This document shows, one piece after another, positions 18,901 to 26,288 of a DNA stretch of 64,000 nucleotides (its first letter is position 1; every line of letters starts with the position of its first letter). The translations under genes and the position numbers were made by a program. The stretch is from an uncultured Aquimarina sp. (GTDB taxonomy: Bacteria; Bacteroidota; Bacteroidia; Flavobacteriales; Flavobacteriaceae). The DNA lies in contig NZ_CANMQT010000006.1 of the NCBI RefSeq assembly GCF_947500065.1, positions 60,215-124,214 of the forward strand, read 5' to 3'. The notes under the pieces were generated by a model. It did not search any database. It was not told the DNA's origin and saw nothing but the letters and a program-made list of their open reading frames with translations.

Positions 18901-19775
18901 AATCAAATGGAGTTGAGTATTTATGGTCAACAGGAGAAACTACATCAAGTATTACGGTATCGCCTACAGAAGATACTACATATTCTGTAACAGTTTCTAA
19001 TTGTGCAGATTGTACAACTACAGATGAGGTGAATGTATTCGTGAATGATGCAAATGTAAACTTAGGAGCTGATAAATACACTTGTAATGAAGAAGCAATA
19101 GAGCTTAATGCTGGAATAGCAGATTCATACCTATGGTCTACAGGAGAAACTACTCAAATTATTACAGTATTGCCTTTAGAAGATACTACATATTCAGTTA
19201 CAGTAAATCAAAACGGATGCGAAGCTTCAGATGAGATAGCTGTTTTTGTTACTAATTTATCGGTTGATGCTGGAGATGATCAAACATTCAATCCAGGAAC
19301 TTTAGGAGTGTCATTGACAGCCACTGCGTCTACAGATGTAGATTCTTACCTATGGTCTACAGGAGCTACTACAGCCACTATAGCTGTGTCGCCTACTATA
19401 ACAACTACCTATACGGTAACTGTTACTAAGAACGGTTGTGTAGCAGAGGATAACGTAACAGTTTCTGTAACATCAGATCCTTGTTTGAATAGCGTATTTG
19501 ATGCTACAGCATTTCCTATTCCTGTAAGTCGTTCAGGAGAAATGAAAGTAGATATAGCAGTTAATAGAGCTCAGGATGTGACTTGTGAAATTTATACAAT
19601 GGAAGGAATGTTAGTAAGTCCAGCCGCTGTACAAAGCTTAAATCCTGGTTGTAATACATTGACTATTAATATGTCTTCACAGGCTAATATTCAACCAATG
19701 TCTAACTATATATTAATACTGAAAGGTGATACATCAGAGAATACTGAAACAATTCAGTTTTCAACTACTAATTAA
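15930..19775 (+). CDS. Large secreted Cys-rich protein: beta-trefoil (fascin/ricin-like) head, two ~430-aa paralogous modules, Ig-like YLWSTGETT repeats, probable T9SS CTD; function unknown
   Basis: ATG at 15930 gives the signal peptide MTSILLALLCFVSLTTQAG; the track TTG at 15810 only translates T-rich intergenic DNA. Three ~45-aa repeats read NGKY(V/L)SSENGxKP...G(S/A)W(E/Q)KFxV. There is a long internal duplication, then four copies of Y(L)WSTG(E/A)TT...TTY(S/T)VTV. The last ~90 aa (AFPIPVSRSGEMKVDI...NYILILKG) are sorting-domain-like. Confidence 0.75.
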   Translation: MMKITFGKYKSKRRNMTSILLALLCFVSLTTQAGNEVNSYESAESYTNITVGSTIVLIANNGKYVSSENGRKPIIANRTRIGSWEKFIVVDAGNGKIALKGNNGKYLSSENGKKPMYCNVNHLGAWQKFKVIRLGNGKIALKGSNGKYVSSENGKKPMNCNRSRLGSWEKFKVKVLHRNNCELNAGRIEHTQKNCGGFTPEEFVGTTVNSGDHRNVIYQWQIKENMGEQWQNIAGADSKNYQAPYRESGSVWYRRAVKIEGCHEYFYSNSVDIHVKAQPKTDVSVMNANCGKQDGTITFTFADTEGRSHIEFSLDGGTTYKTVPDNSSMYTFKDLAAGSFDIWVRWGNDQCPVDLGTVIIEDKSITVDAGEDVEVCEGEEVTLTASVEGNQNCSECVEYGIVNTNNCKRNENYVMWLTDGNNPRWFSNVDLQWQEFADGTAKLSGTVYDHTLEQKTYEVDALFTGKTVNTPADSPKDHVCNDEDATGWMYYTGLTGTVKSTDGSWSVNLSRRGPAFQMGNGANQTETEEGKFGACGWFDTTDQEYCRGDFNINFGDCITTDEDNLTYLWSTGETTESITVNEAGAYSVTVKNCDDCEATDIVEVTYTKELEDGGEIKETQTNCEAFDPEEFTGNDLEEETGLTVVYQWQIKKEQGQTWEDIDGANEMNYVAPRIESGSLWYRRGAKSEECGEFVYSNSVDLHVKVAPVAEVILTNADCTDPTGDIELTFEDSEDRTHIEFSIDGGVTYTEVPDDSGSFSFNDLEVGDYNLWVRWGNEDCPVDLGTFTIEEVEVITVDAGSDEFICKGEDVTLNAQVTGDGECEECVGYDIKDTDYCRGRHHQFVVYINDQGTRLWMRNVNLVWSENADGTATLKGEVFEYNSTNTSFMVDATFTGFTSVPPAGSPKASSCQTEDPSGWVYYTELSGSVTQIDGSLSYNISRRGEAFQLGNGANVFEYEDAVYGGSGWFNLEDNPTSFGDFNINIGDCITTESNGVEYLWSTGETTSSITVSPTEDTTYSVTVSNCADCTTTDEVNVFVNDANVNLGADKYTCNEEAIELNAGIADSYLWSTGETTQIITVLPLEDTTYSVTVNQNGCEASDEIAVFVTNLSVDAGDDQTFNPGTLGVSLTATASTDVDSYLWSTGATTATIAVSPTITTTYTVTVTKNGCVAEDNVTVSVTSDPCLNSVFDATAFPIPVSRSGEMKVDIAVNRAQDVTCEIYTMEGMLVSPAAVQSLNPGCNTLTINMSSQANIQPMSNYILILKGDTSENTETIQFSTTN
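16071..16457 (+). repeat. Three-fold ~45-aa repeat forming a beta-trefoil-like domain
   Basis: NGKYVSSENGRKPIIANRTRIGSWEKFIV / NGKYLSSENGKKPMYCNVNHLGAWQKFKV / NGKYVSSENGKKPMNCNRSRLGSWEKFKV. Confidence 0.8.
16470..19050 (+). repeat. Tandem duplication of a ~430-aa Cys-rich module
   Basis: Module 1 spans ~16470-17753 and module 2 ~17754-19050. They are colinear: V(I/V)YQWQIK, SG S(V/L)WYRR, YSNSVD(I/L)HVK, HIEFS(L/I)DGG, LWVRWGN(D/E).CPVDLGT, ITVDAG, SRRG.AFQ(M/L)GNGAN, GDFNIN(F/I)GDCITT, YLWSTGETT. Confidence 0.85.
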
Positions 19776-19807
19776 TAATATGTAGTAATAGTATAAAATA
19801 TTTATAT

Positions 19808-19846
19808 AAAATCCTGTAGAACTCTGTTCTACAGGATTTTTTGTTT
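19808..19846 (+). terminator. Rho-independent terminator
   Basis: 15-bp perfect stem AAAATCCTGTAGAAC/GTTCTACAGGATTTT with a 3-nt loop, then TTGTTT. Confidence 0.85.
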
Positions 19847-19983
19847 AGCCATGTAAATGAACACGGTATAGAATTAATAATACTGATTCGGAAACTCCTG
19901 CAATTATGTAGTGAAATTTGTGTAGGTCTTGCTTTGGATTATTAATTCGTATTATTGTATAAGTAATATATTTCTTTTCTTAT

Positions 19984-22797
19984 TTGGGATTTAATAAAAT
20001 AATATCATTTTTATTAGTATTTATTTTCTGTACTTACACGGAAGCACAGGAAGTACCGCCTATTCAAAATTATTTACCTCAGGATTATAATGCAGAAAAT
20101 CAGAATTGGGCTATTTCTCAATCTCCAGAGAAATTAATTTATATAGCGAATAATAAAGGATTGTTGGAGTTTAATGGTTCAACATGGCAATTGTATCCAT
20201 CACCTAATGAATCTATTGTAAGATCGGTAAAGGTTGTAGAAGATAGAATTTACACAGGGTGCTATATGGACTTTGGTTATTGGCAGAAAGATATTTTAGG
20301 AGTTTTGCACTATACTTCGTTATCACAAAAAACAAAATTAAAACTAATTGAGGATGAGGAGTTTTGGAATATAATTAGTATCGATGACTTAATTGTTTTT
20401 CAATCTTTAAATCGAATATACATATATGATATTAAGGATGAATCGGTTAGTACCATAGATTCGGATAATACTATAACTAAAATATTTGAAGTTGATCGTA
20501 GTATCTATTTTCAGGTTGTTAATAAAGGGTTATTCAAAATTGAGTATGGTAAGGATGTTTTAATAAATGAAGATGAAGAGGTTAGGAATAGTGAAATCGT
20601 TAATGTTTTTAGCACTGATAAGGACTTTCTTATTTTAACAAGAAATAAAGGTTTTTATAGTTTAAAAAATAACAAGCTAACTAAATGGGGTGTAAATACA
20701 GAAAGGTTATTATCGGATATCAGTATTTATAATGCAATTCAACTGAAAGATAATAGTTTTGTTTTAGGAACAATTTCTCATGGATTGGTTTATCTAAATG
20801 ACGAAGGAAGTTTATTATATCAAGTTGATCAAAGTAAAGGATTGCTAAACAATACTATTTTGTCACTTTTTGAAGATATTGATAATAATATATGGTTAGG
20901 TCTTGATAATGGAATTAGTTATATAAACTTGAACTCGCCTTTTAGGATATATAGTGATAACCTTGGAGTTTTAGGAAGTGTTTATGCTTCTGCTATTCAT
21001 AATAATAATTTATATCTAGGAACAAATCAGGGTCTTTTTTATAAAAAAACACAAAGTAATGATGAGTTTAAGTTCATTAGAGGTACTCAAGGACAGGTTT
21101 GGTGTTTACAAAATATTGGCCAGACATTATTTTGTGGACACAATGCTGGGACTTTTATCGTCGATAATGATAAAGTAAAAAAAATATCTAATGTTCCGGG
21201 AACATGGAAGATTAGTGAGTTAAAAGATAAGTCTGATCTTTTGTTACAAGGAAATTATGATGGTCTTTATGTTTTTAAAAAAACAGATAACAATTGGCAA
21301 TTGAGAAATAAAATCAAAGGCTTTAATAATTCATCCCGTTATTTTGAAGTTGTTAGAGATGAGATATTTGTAAATCACGAATACAATGGTGTTTTTAGAA
21401 TAAAGGTTGATACTAGCTTCTTCAAAATAAAGAATGTTGCTATAGATACGTCTATAAAAGGTTCCAATTCAGGACTTATAACATACAATGATAATTTACT
21501 GTTTGCTTTTAAGAAAGGAGTTTTAAAATATAATGTTCCTAAAAAAGAGTTTATAAGAGATAGTCTTTTGAGCAAAATATATGTGGATAACGAATATGTT
21601 TCAGGTAAATTAATTGTAGATGAAACAAATAATAATTTATGGGTTTTTACACATTCTAATATAAGTTTTGTAACTCAGGGTATGCTTACAAATACACTAG
21701 CAGTTAGTAAAATACCTTTAACAAAGGCAGAAAGAAAAAGTGTCGCTGGATATGAAAGCGTGATGCATTTTGATGATAAAAATAAATATCTGTTTGGCAC
21801 AAGTTCTGGATATATAACTGTAGATATTGATAAACTGAATACTAAGGATTTTCAAGTTCAAATAGGCAACATTACCAATGGAAGTAATAAAATAAATAGA
21901 GCGGAAATACAACGTATAAATAAGAACTTGGAAGGCGATTTTAAGAGTAAGGATAATAATTTAAAAGTATCTTTTTATGCTCCAGAGTTTAATAAGTTTG
22001 GAAAACCAAAATTTCAATTTCAATTATTAGGAATTTATAACAATTGGAGTGATTGGTCTGAGAGCCCTATGGCATTTTTTGAAAATCTTCCTTTTGGTGA
22101 TTACACCTTTAATGTTAGATCCAGAATAGGAAACAAAGTCTCTAGTAATACTGCCAGTTATTCCTTTAAGATTCAAAAACCCTGGTATATCACTAATTTA
22201 ATGCTAGCAATTTATTTGTTAGCTACTATTTTGTTCTCCTTATTTATGCATATCACTTATAAACGATATTATAAGAAGAAACAAGAAGAATTAATTGAAA
22301 AGAATAAAAGTGAACTTAAGCTGACTAAGGTTCAAAATGAAAAGGAGATTATTAGGATTAAAAATGAACAACTAAAACAAGAATTTAAAGATAAGAGTAA
22401 AGAATTAGCTGCCTCAACAATAGACGTTGCGAAAAAGAATGAACTACTTACTCAAATTAAAAATCAACTTGCTAGAATTTCTGACGAAAACTCTGTTAAA
22501 CCTGTAATAAGTATTATTGATAAAAGCCTTGATCATAATGATAACTGGGAGGTTTTTAAAGAAGCATTTAATAATGTGGATAGAAAATTTTTGAAAAAGC
22601 TTAAAAAAACACATCCTGATTTATCTCCAAATGATTTAAAGCTCTGTGCATATTTGCGTCTTAATTTATCTTCTAAAGAAATAGCACCATTATTCAATAT
22701 ATCTGCTCGTAGTGTTGAGATTAAACGTTACAGACTTCGTAAAAAATTAAATCTTAAACACGAAGAAAACCTAGTAAACTATATTCTAGAGTTATAA
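19984..22797 (+). CDS. One-component PUL regulator: periplasmic beta-propeller/Y_Y_Y sensor, one TM helix, cytoplasmic LuxR-type HTH
   Basis: TTG start with signal-like N-terminus. Y_Y_Y-like FQFQLLGIYNNWSDWSE...GDYTFNVRS. TM helix WYITNLMLAIYLLATILFSLFMHI, then a coiled coil. LuxR/GerE HTH: LSPNDLKLCAYLRLNLSSKEIAPLFNISARSVEIKRYRLRKKL. No kinase or receiver domain. Confidence 0.85.
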   Translation: MGFNKIISFLLVFIFCTYTEAQEVPPIQNYLPQDYNAENQNWAISQSPEKLIYIANNKGLLEFNGSTWQLYPSPNESIVRSVKVVEDRIYTGCYMDFGYWQKDILGVLHYTSLSQKTKLKLIEDEEFWNIISIDDLIVFQSLNRIYIYDIKDESVSTIDSDNTITKIFEVDRSIYFQVVNKGLFKIEYGKDVLINEDEEVRNSEIVNVFSTDKDFLILTRNKGFYSLKNNKLTKWGVNTERLLSDISIYNAIQLKDNSFVLGTISHGLVYLNDEGSLLYQVDQSKGLLNNTILSLFEDIDNNIWLGLDNGISYINLNSPFRIYSDNLGVLGSVYASAIHNNNLYLGTNQGLFYKKTQSNDEFKFIRGTQGQVWCLQNIGQTLFCGHNAGTFIVDNDKVKKISNVPGTWKISELKDKSDLLLQGNYDGLYVFKKTDNNWQLRNKIKGFNNSSRYFEVVRDEIFVNHEYNGVFRIKVDTSFFKIKNVAIDTSIKGSNSGLITYNDNLLFAFKKGVLKYNVPKKEFIRDSLLSKIYVDNEYVSGKLIVDETNNNLWVFTHSNISFVTQGMLTNTLAVSKIPLTKAERKSVAGYESVMHFDDKNKYLFGTSSGYITVDIDKLNTKDFQVQIGNITNGSNKINRAEIQRINKNLEGDFKSKDNNLKVSFYAPEFNKFGKPKFQFQLLGIYNNWSDWSESPMAFFENLPFGDYTFNVRSRIGNKVSSNTASYSFKIQKPWYITNLMLAIYLLATILFSLFMHITYKRYYKKKQEELIEKNKSELKLTKVQNEKEIIRIKNEQLKQEFKDKSKELAASTIDVAKKNELLTQIKNQLARISDENSVKPVISIIDKSLDHNDNWEVFKEAFNNVDRKFLKKLKKTHPDLSPNDLKLCAYLRLNLSSKEIAPLFNISARSVEIKRYRLRKKLNLKHEENLVNYILEL

Positions 22798-22843
22798 TTA
22801 CCCATACAAAAAATTTTAGCACCTCAACATTACCCATACAAAA
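22797..22843 (+). repeat. Two perfect 15-nt direct repeats ATTACCCATACAAAA spaced 32 bp start-to-start
   Basis: Copies at 22797-22811 and 22829-22843, beginning at the last base of the regulator stop codon and upstream of the 23147 operon. Confidence 0.9.
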
Positions 22844-23146
22844 CAATGTTATGATTTTTTTTAACGGTTGTTTAGTGCTTTGCTGAAACCTGTTGGTAAC
22901 GGGTTTTAAGATGTTAATAATTTAAATAAATAACTCTTTTCTTGTGATGTATGTTTTTTGTTGAGGTATTTTTTAAGGATCTCGCATTTTTTTAAAATAA
23001 GTTTACTAAGTCTACAGACAGAAAACAAAACACAATCGATCACTTAATTTAATATTTAAAAGTCATGCTACATGATATTTGGGGCGAATACAGCAAAAGA
23101 AGTTTCTTCATATTTTTTACAGTCATTTTTAAAAACAATAGGTATA

Positions 23147-26100
23147 ATGAGAACTAATTTTCTACAATTAATAATACTCTTGTTTACGATAGTTGGGAGT
23201 TCACAGACTGATCAGGTATCCATAATAAATAATGATCAAGGGATAAAATTAGTAGTCAACGGAAAAGATTTTATGGTAAATGGAGTGAATTGGGATTATG
23301 TTCCTATTGGATCTACCATAACCGATCCTGGGATATGGGCAAAATCCGATGACATAATTAAAGCAGCAATAGATGGTGAAATGTCCTTGTTAAAGAACAT
23401 GGGAGTGAACGCTATTCGTACATATAATCTTAAACCCAAATGGGTTAAATACATTTATGAGAACTACGGTATTTACACCATGCTCAATATTACTTTTGGA
23501 GCATATGGACTTACCATAAACGGAGCTTGGGTACCGCAAACAGATTATGCAGATCCCGATACAAGAGAGGTCTTAATGAAAGAAGCCAGAGATATGGCTA
23601 ACACCTATAAAAATACACCAGGTTTATTGTTGTATATGATTGGTAACGAAAACAATTATCATTTATCATGGACAGGAGCAGAAACAGAAGATATTCCGAT
23701 TAATGATACAAGTTCTGGAATTAAACTTGCAGCTCGTGCTTTGTATAAAGCGTTTAACGATGCTGCAAAAGAGGTAAAAGGAATTGATCAATCGCATCCA
23801 GTAGCGATATGTAATGGGGATCTTTTATATGCGGATATAGTAAAAGAAGAATGTACAGATGTTGATATATATGGTACTAATATGTATCGTGGAATTTCCT
23901 TTGGAGATGCTTTCCAAAGAGTTAGAGACGAAATAGGTTTGCCAATTCTCTTTGCAGAATTTGGTGGAGATGCATTCAATGCAAGAGACAATCAAGAAGA
24001 TCAATATTCTCAGGCGTATTATAACTTGGGAAATTGGAAAGAAATTTATGAAAATGCAGCCGGACTAGGAAGAGCTGGAAACTCCATCGGTGGTTTCACT
24101 TTTCAATTTAGTGATGGTTGGTGGAAATATAAACAAACAGAAAACTTAGAAGTTCACGATAATGCTGCTTCTTGGTCTAATGGAGGATATAACCGAGATC
24201 AAGCAAAAGAAAGCGATAATAATATGAATGAAGAGTGGTTTGGTATTTGTGCCAAAGGACCAACTAATGAAAGAGGGCTTTATGAATTATATCCACGTGC
24301 CGCCTATTACGCTTTAAAAGAAGCTCATCTACTTAATCCATATGAAAAGGGAATGACACTTGATTTTATGGATAATTATTTTGATAATATCCAAATAATG
24401 GATGCGATGTTAAGGGCGCGCGGAGATAAAGCCGCCTTAGAAGCTAAAAGCGGTGCCAAAATAAGAATTAGTCAGTTAAGGGCGGAGTTCACTTCATTTA
24501 ATACAGGAGGAACTTTGCTTACTACAGATGATGTAGATCCCGATAGTAATATTTTTCCTAATAAAACAGGTTTTGATCATCTGCAATCATTTTATATAGG
24601 TGTAGAGGGAAAACCCACTGCAAATATGAGGGCTAATGTTAACTTTAATATTCTAGGTAATGTAGCCGACAATCCAATTGATCAATTGTTTTATGAAACA
24701 AGGGGACGCACCGTATCTGTAAATACAGATGAAGGAAATTTGGACCTTACCAATCTAAATACGGTACAATTATATAATGCAGAATTTGAGTGGAATACTA
24801 AAATAGCAGATATAAAAGGATTTTATAGAACTGGACACTACCATTGGGGATATGAAGGTGACTTTTTTGGATTGTACCCTGAAGCTAATTATGGACCAAA
24901 TTTAGATATTTATAATGGAGAATTTTCTGGAATTGAATTTTCTGGAAAAGCTGGTTTAAATGGTTTTAAGGCGGTTTACGGTCCTCAATTATGGTGGGGT
25001 GCTAATCCTGCTTTTTTAGTTAAATATAGAAAAAAAATAAAAGGAGTTGACGTTACTGGTATTTATCATGAAGATATTGATAATGCTAACGATATTGTAA
25101 CATCCATTGCGGTACCTGTTCCGAAAACAAGAAGAGTAACACTGCAGGCAGAAAAGGAATTCGGAAACTTTGATGTACAAGTAGGTGGTATTTGGGGAGG
25201 AGAACCACTAAATGGTAGAAAGTTCCAAATGGTTGAAGGTGGTCCGGGAAATTATGTAGTTTACAATGATGAGATTAACTCAGATGATAATTGGGGTGCT
25301 AAAGCAAAAGTCACATATTCAAAAGGTAAATTTAATTGGTATGCATTAGGCGCTACGATGGGCTTGGTTGCTAATGGCGGTACAGATCAAACACAAACAT
25401 TTACTGGTTGGAAGTTAAGAGATAATGGTAGCGGTAATCAAAACAGTTTCTTAACAGGTTTTTCTTATACATTGGGTGACTTTCAAATAGCACCAAACTT
25501 CCTGTGGCAAGAGCCTATTGTAGGAGCAATACCTAATGATGCAGGTGGTGCGGCTAGATTAAGAAATATTCAAGATGATCCTTTTGTCGTAAGAGCAAAT
25601 AGAAAAACAACAGCAGGAGAGTTACTAATTACATACGATCCAACTCCCGGATCATGGTTCTATGCTTGGGATAGTGATCGTAAAGAAGATGCTAAACTAG
25701 CTTTTAATTTTGGTTTTGTGTATCGTCATTTACCTACTACAATGGATGCCGCTATTGGATTTTTTGAAAATTCAAGGGTAGGAGCTCCGTTTTCAAATTC
25801 AGTTCCTGCTGAAGATTTATGGGAAGCAAGTTCGCGTATTGTATCTAAAGTAAGTCCAGAGTTAGCCTTAGTAGCAAATCTATATGCCGGTAATGGTCAG
25901 GCTAATGGTAGTGATGCTCGAGTAATCGATAGGATTGGAGGAGATATTCGTGTTATTTATAAAAAATGGAAACTACAACATACTTTTAAAATAGACGATT
26001 GGGGTCCTTATGATTATCACCGAGATTTCAATTTAACGTATCCAGTACAATTGATGTTAGATGTATCAACATCAATAGGGAAACCAGATTGGTTCCTCCT

Positions 26101-26284
26101 GCCTAGTACTAGAATAGGAGTTCGCGGCACATGGCGTTCATTAAACGAGTTTTCACCTCGTTACTCACCAACTGCAATACCACCAAATACTTTTCCTCCA
26201 GAACCAATACTAAACCCAGCGGGATTTGATAATGGCAGCGAATGGGAAATAAGAACATATGTACATATTAACATAGGAAAATAA
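23147..26284 (+). CDS. Clan GH-A (GH5/GH158-like) TIM-barrel domain fused to a ~600-aa putative outer-membrane beta-barrel domain; not SusC
   Basis: ATG at 23147 (MRTNFLQLIILLFTIVGSSQ signal peptide). N-terminal motifs: VNAIRTYN, MIGNENNYH (Asn-Glu), ILFAEFGGDAF (GH5-like nucleophile), FQFSDGWWKY. The C-terminal 600 aa are Gly/Asn/aromatic-rich with many amphipathic alternating strands: AFNFGFVYRH, DIRVIYKKWKLQHTFKID, VQLMLDVSTSIG, TRIGVRGTWRSL. No TonB box or plug. Confidence 0.55.
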   Translation: MRTNFLQLIILLFTIVGSSQTDQVSIINNDQGIKLVVNGKDFMVNGVNWDYVPIGSTITDPGIWAKSDDIIKAAIDGEMSLLKNMGVNAIRTYNLKPKWVKYIYENYGIYTMLNITFGAYGLTINGAWVPQTDYADPDTREVLMKEARDMANTYKNTPGLLLYMIGNENNYHLSWTGAETEDIPINDTSSGIKLAARALYKAFNDAAKEVKGIDQSHPVAICNGDLLYADIVKEECTDVDIYGTNMYRGISFGDAFQRVRDEIGLPILFAEFGGDAFNARDNQEDQYSQAYYNLGNWKEIYENAAGLGRAGNSIGGFTFQFSDGWWKYKQTENLEVHDNAASWSNGGYNRDQAKESDNNMNEEWFGICAKGPTNERGLYELYPRAAYYALKEAHLLNPYEKGMTLDFMDNYFDNIQIMDAMLRARGDKAALEAKSGAKIRISQLRAEFTSFNTGGTLLTTDDVDPDSNIFPNKTGFDHLQSFYIGVEGKPTANMRANVNFNILGNVADNPIDQLFYETRGRTVSVNTDEGNLDLTNLNTVQLYNAEFEWNTKIADIKGFYRTGHYHWGYEGDFFGLYPEANYGPNLDIYNGEFSGIEFSGKAGLNGFKAVYGPQLWWGANPAFLVKYRKKIKGVDVTGIYHEDIDNANDIVTSIAVPVPKTRRVTLQAEKEFGNFDVQVGGIWGGEPLNGRKFQMVEGGPGNYVVYNDEINSDDNWGAKAKVTYSKGKFNWYALGATMGLVANGGTDQTQTFTGWKLRDNGSGNQNSFLTGFSYTLGDFQIAPNFLWQEPIVGAIPNDAGGAARLRNIQDDPFVVRANRKTTAGELLITYDPTPGSWFYAWDSDRKEDAKLAFNFGFVYRHLPTTMDAAIGFFENSRVGAPFSNSVPAEDLWEASSRIVSKVSPELALVANLYAGNGQANGSDARVIDRIGGDIRVIYKKWKLQHTFKIDDWGPYDYHRDFNLTYPVQLMLDVSTSIGKPDWFLLPSTRIGVRGTWRSLNEFSPRYSPTAIPPNTFPPEPILNPAGFDNGSEWEIRTYVHINIGK

Positions 26285-26288
26285 TACA

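Noticed and set aside
23147-26284. Possible SusC-like TonB-dependent transporter, judged by its size (~1045 aa) and its position right after the PUL regulator.
   Set aside because: There is no carboxypeptidase-regulatory-like N-terminus, TonB box or plug-like sequence. The first ~400 aa instead carry clan GH-A TIM-barrel motifs.
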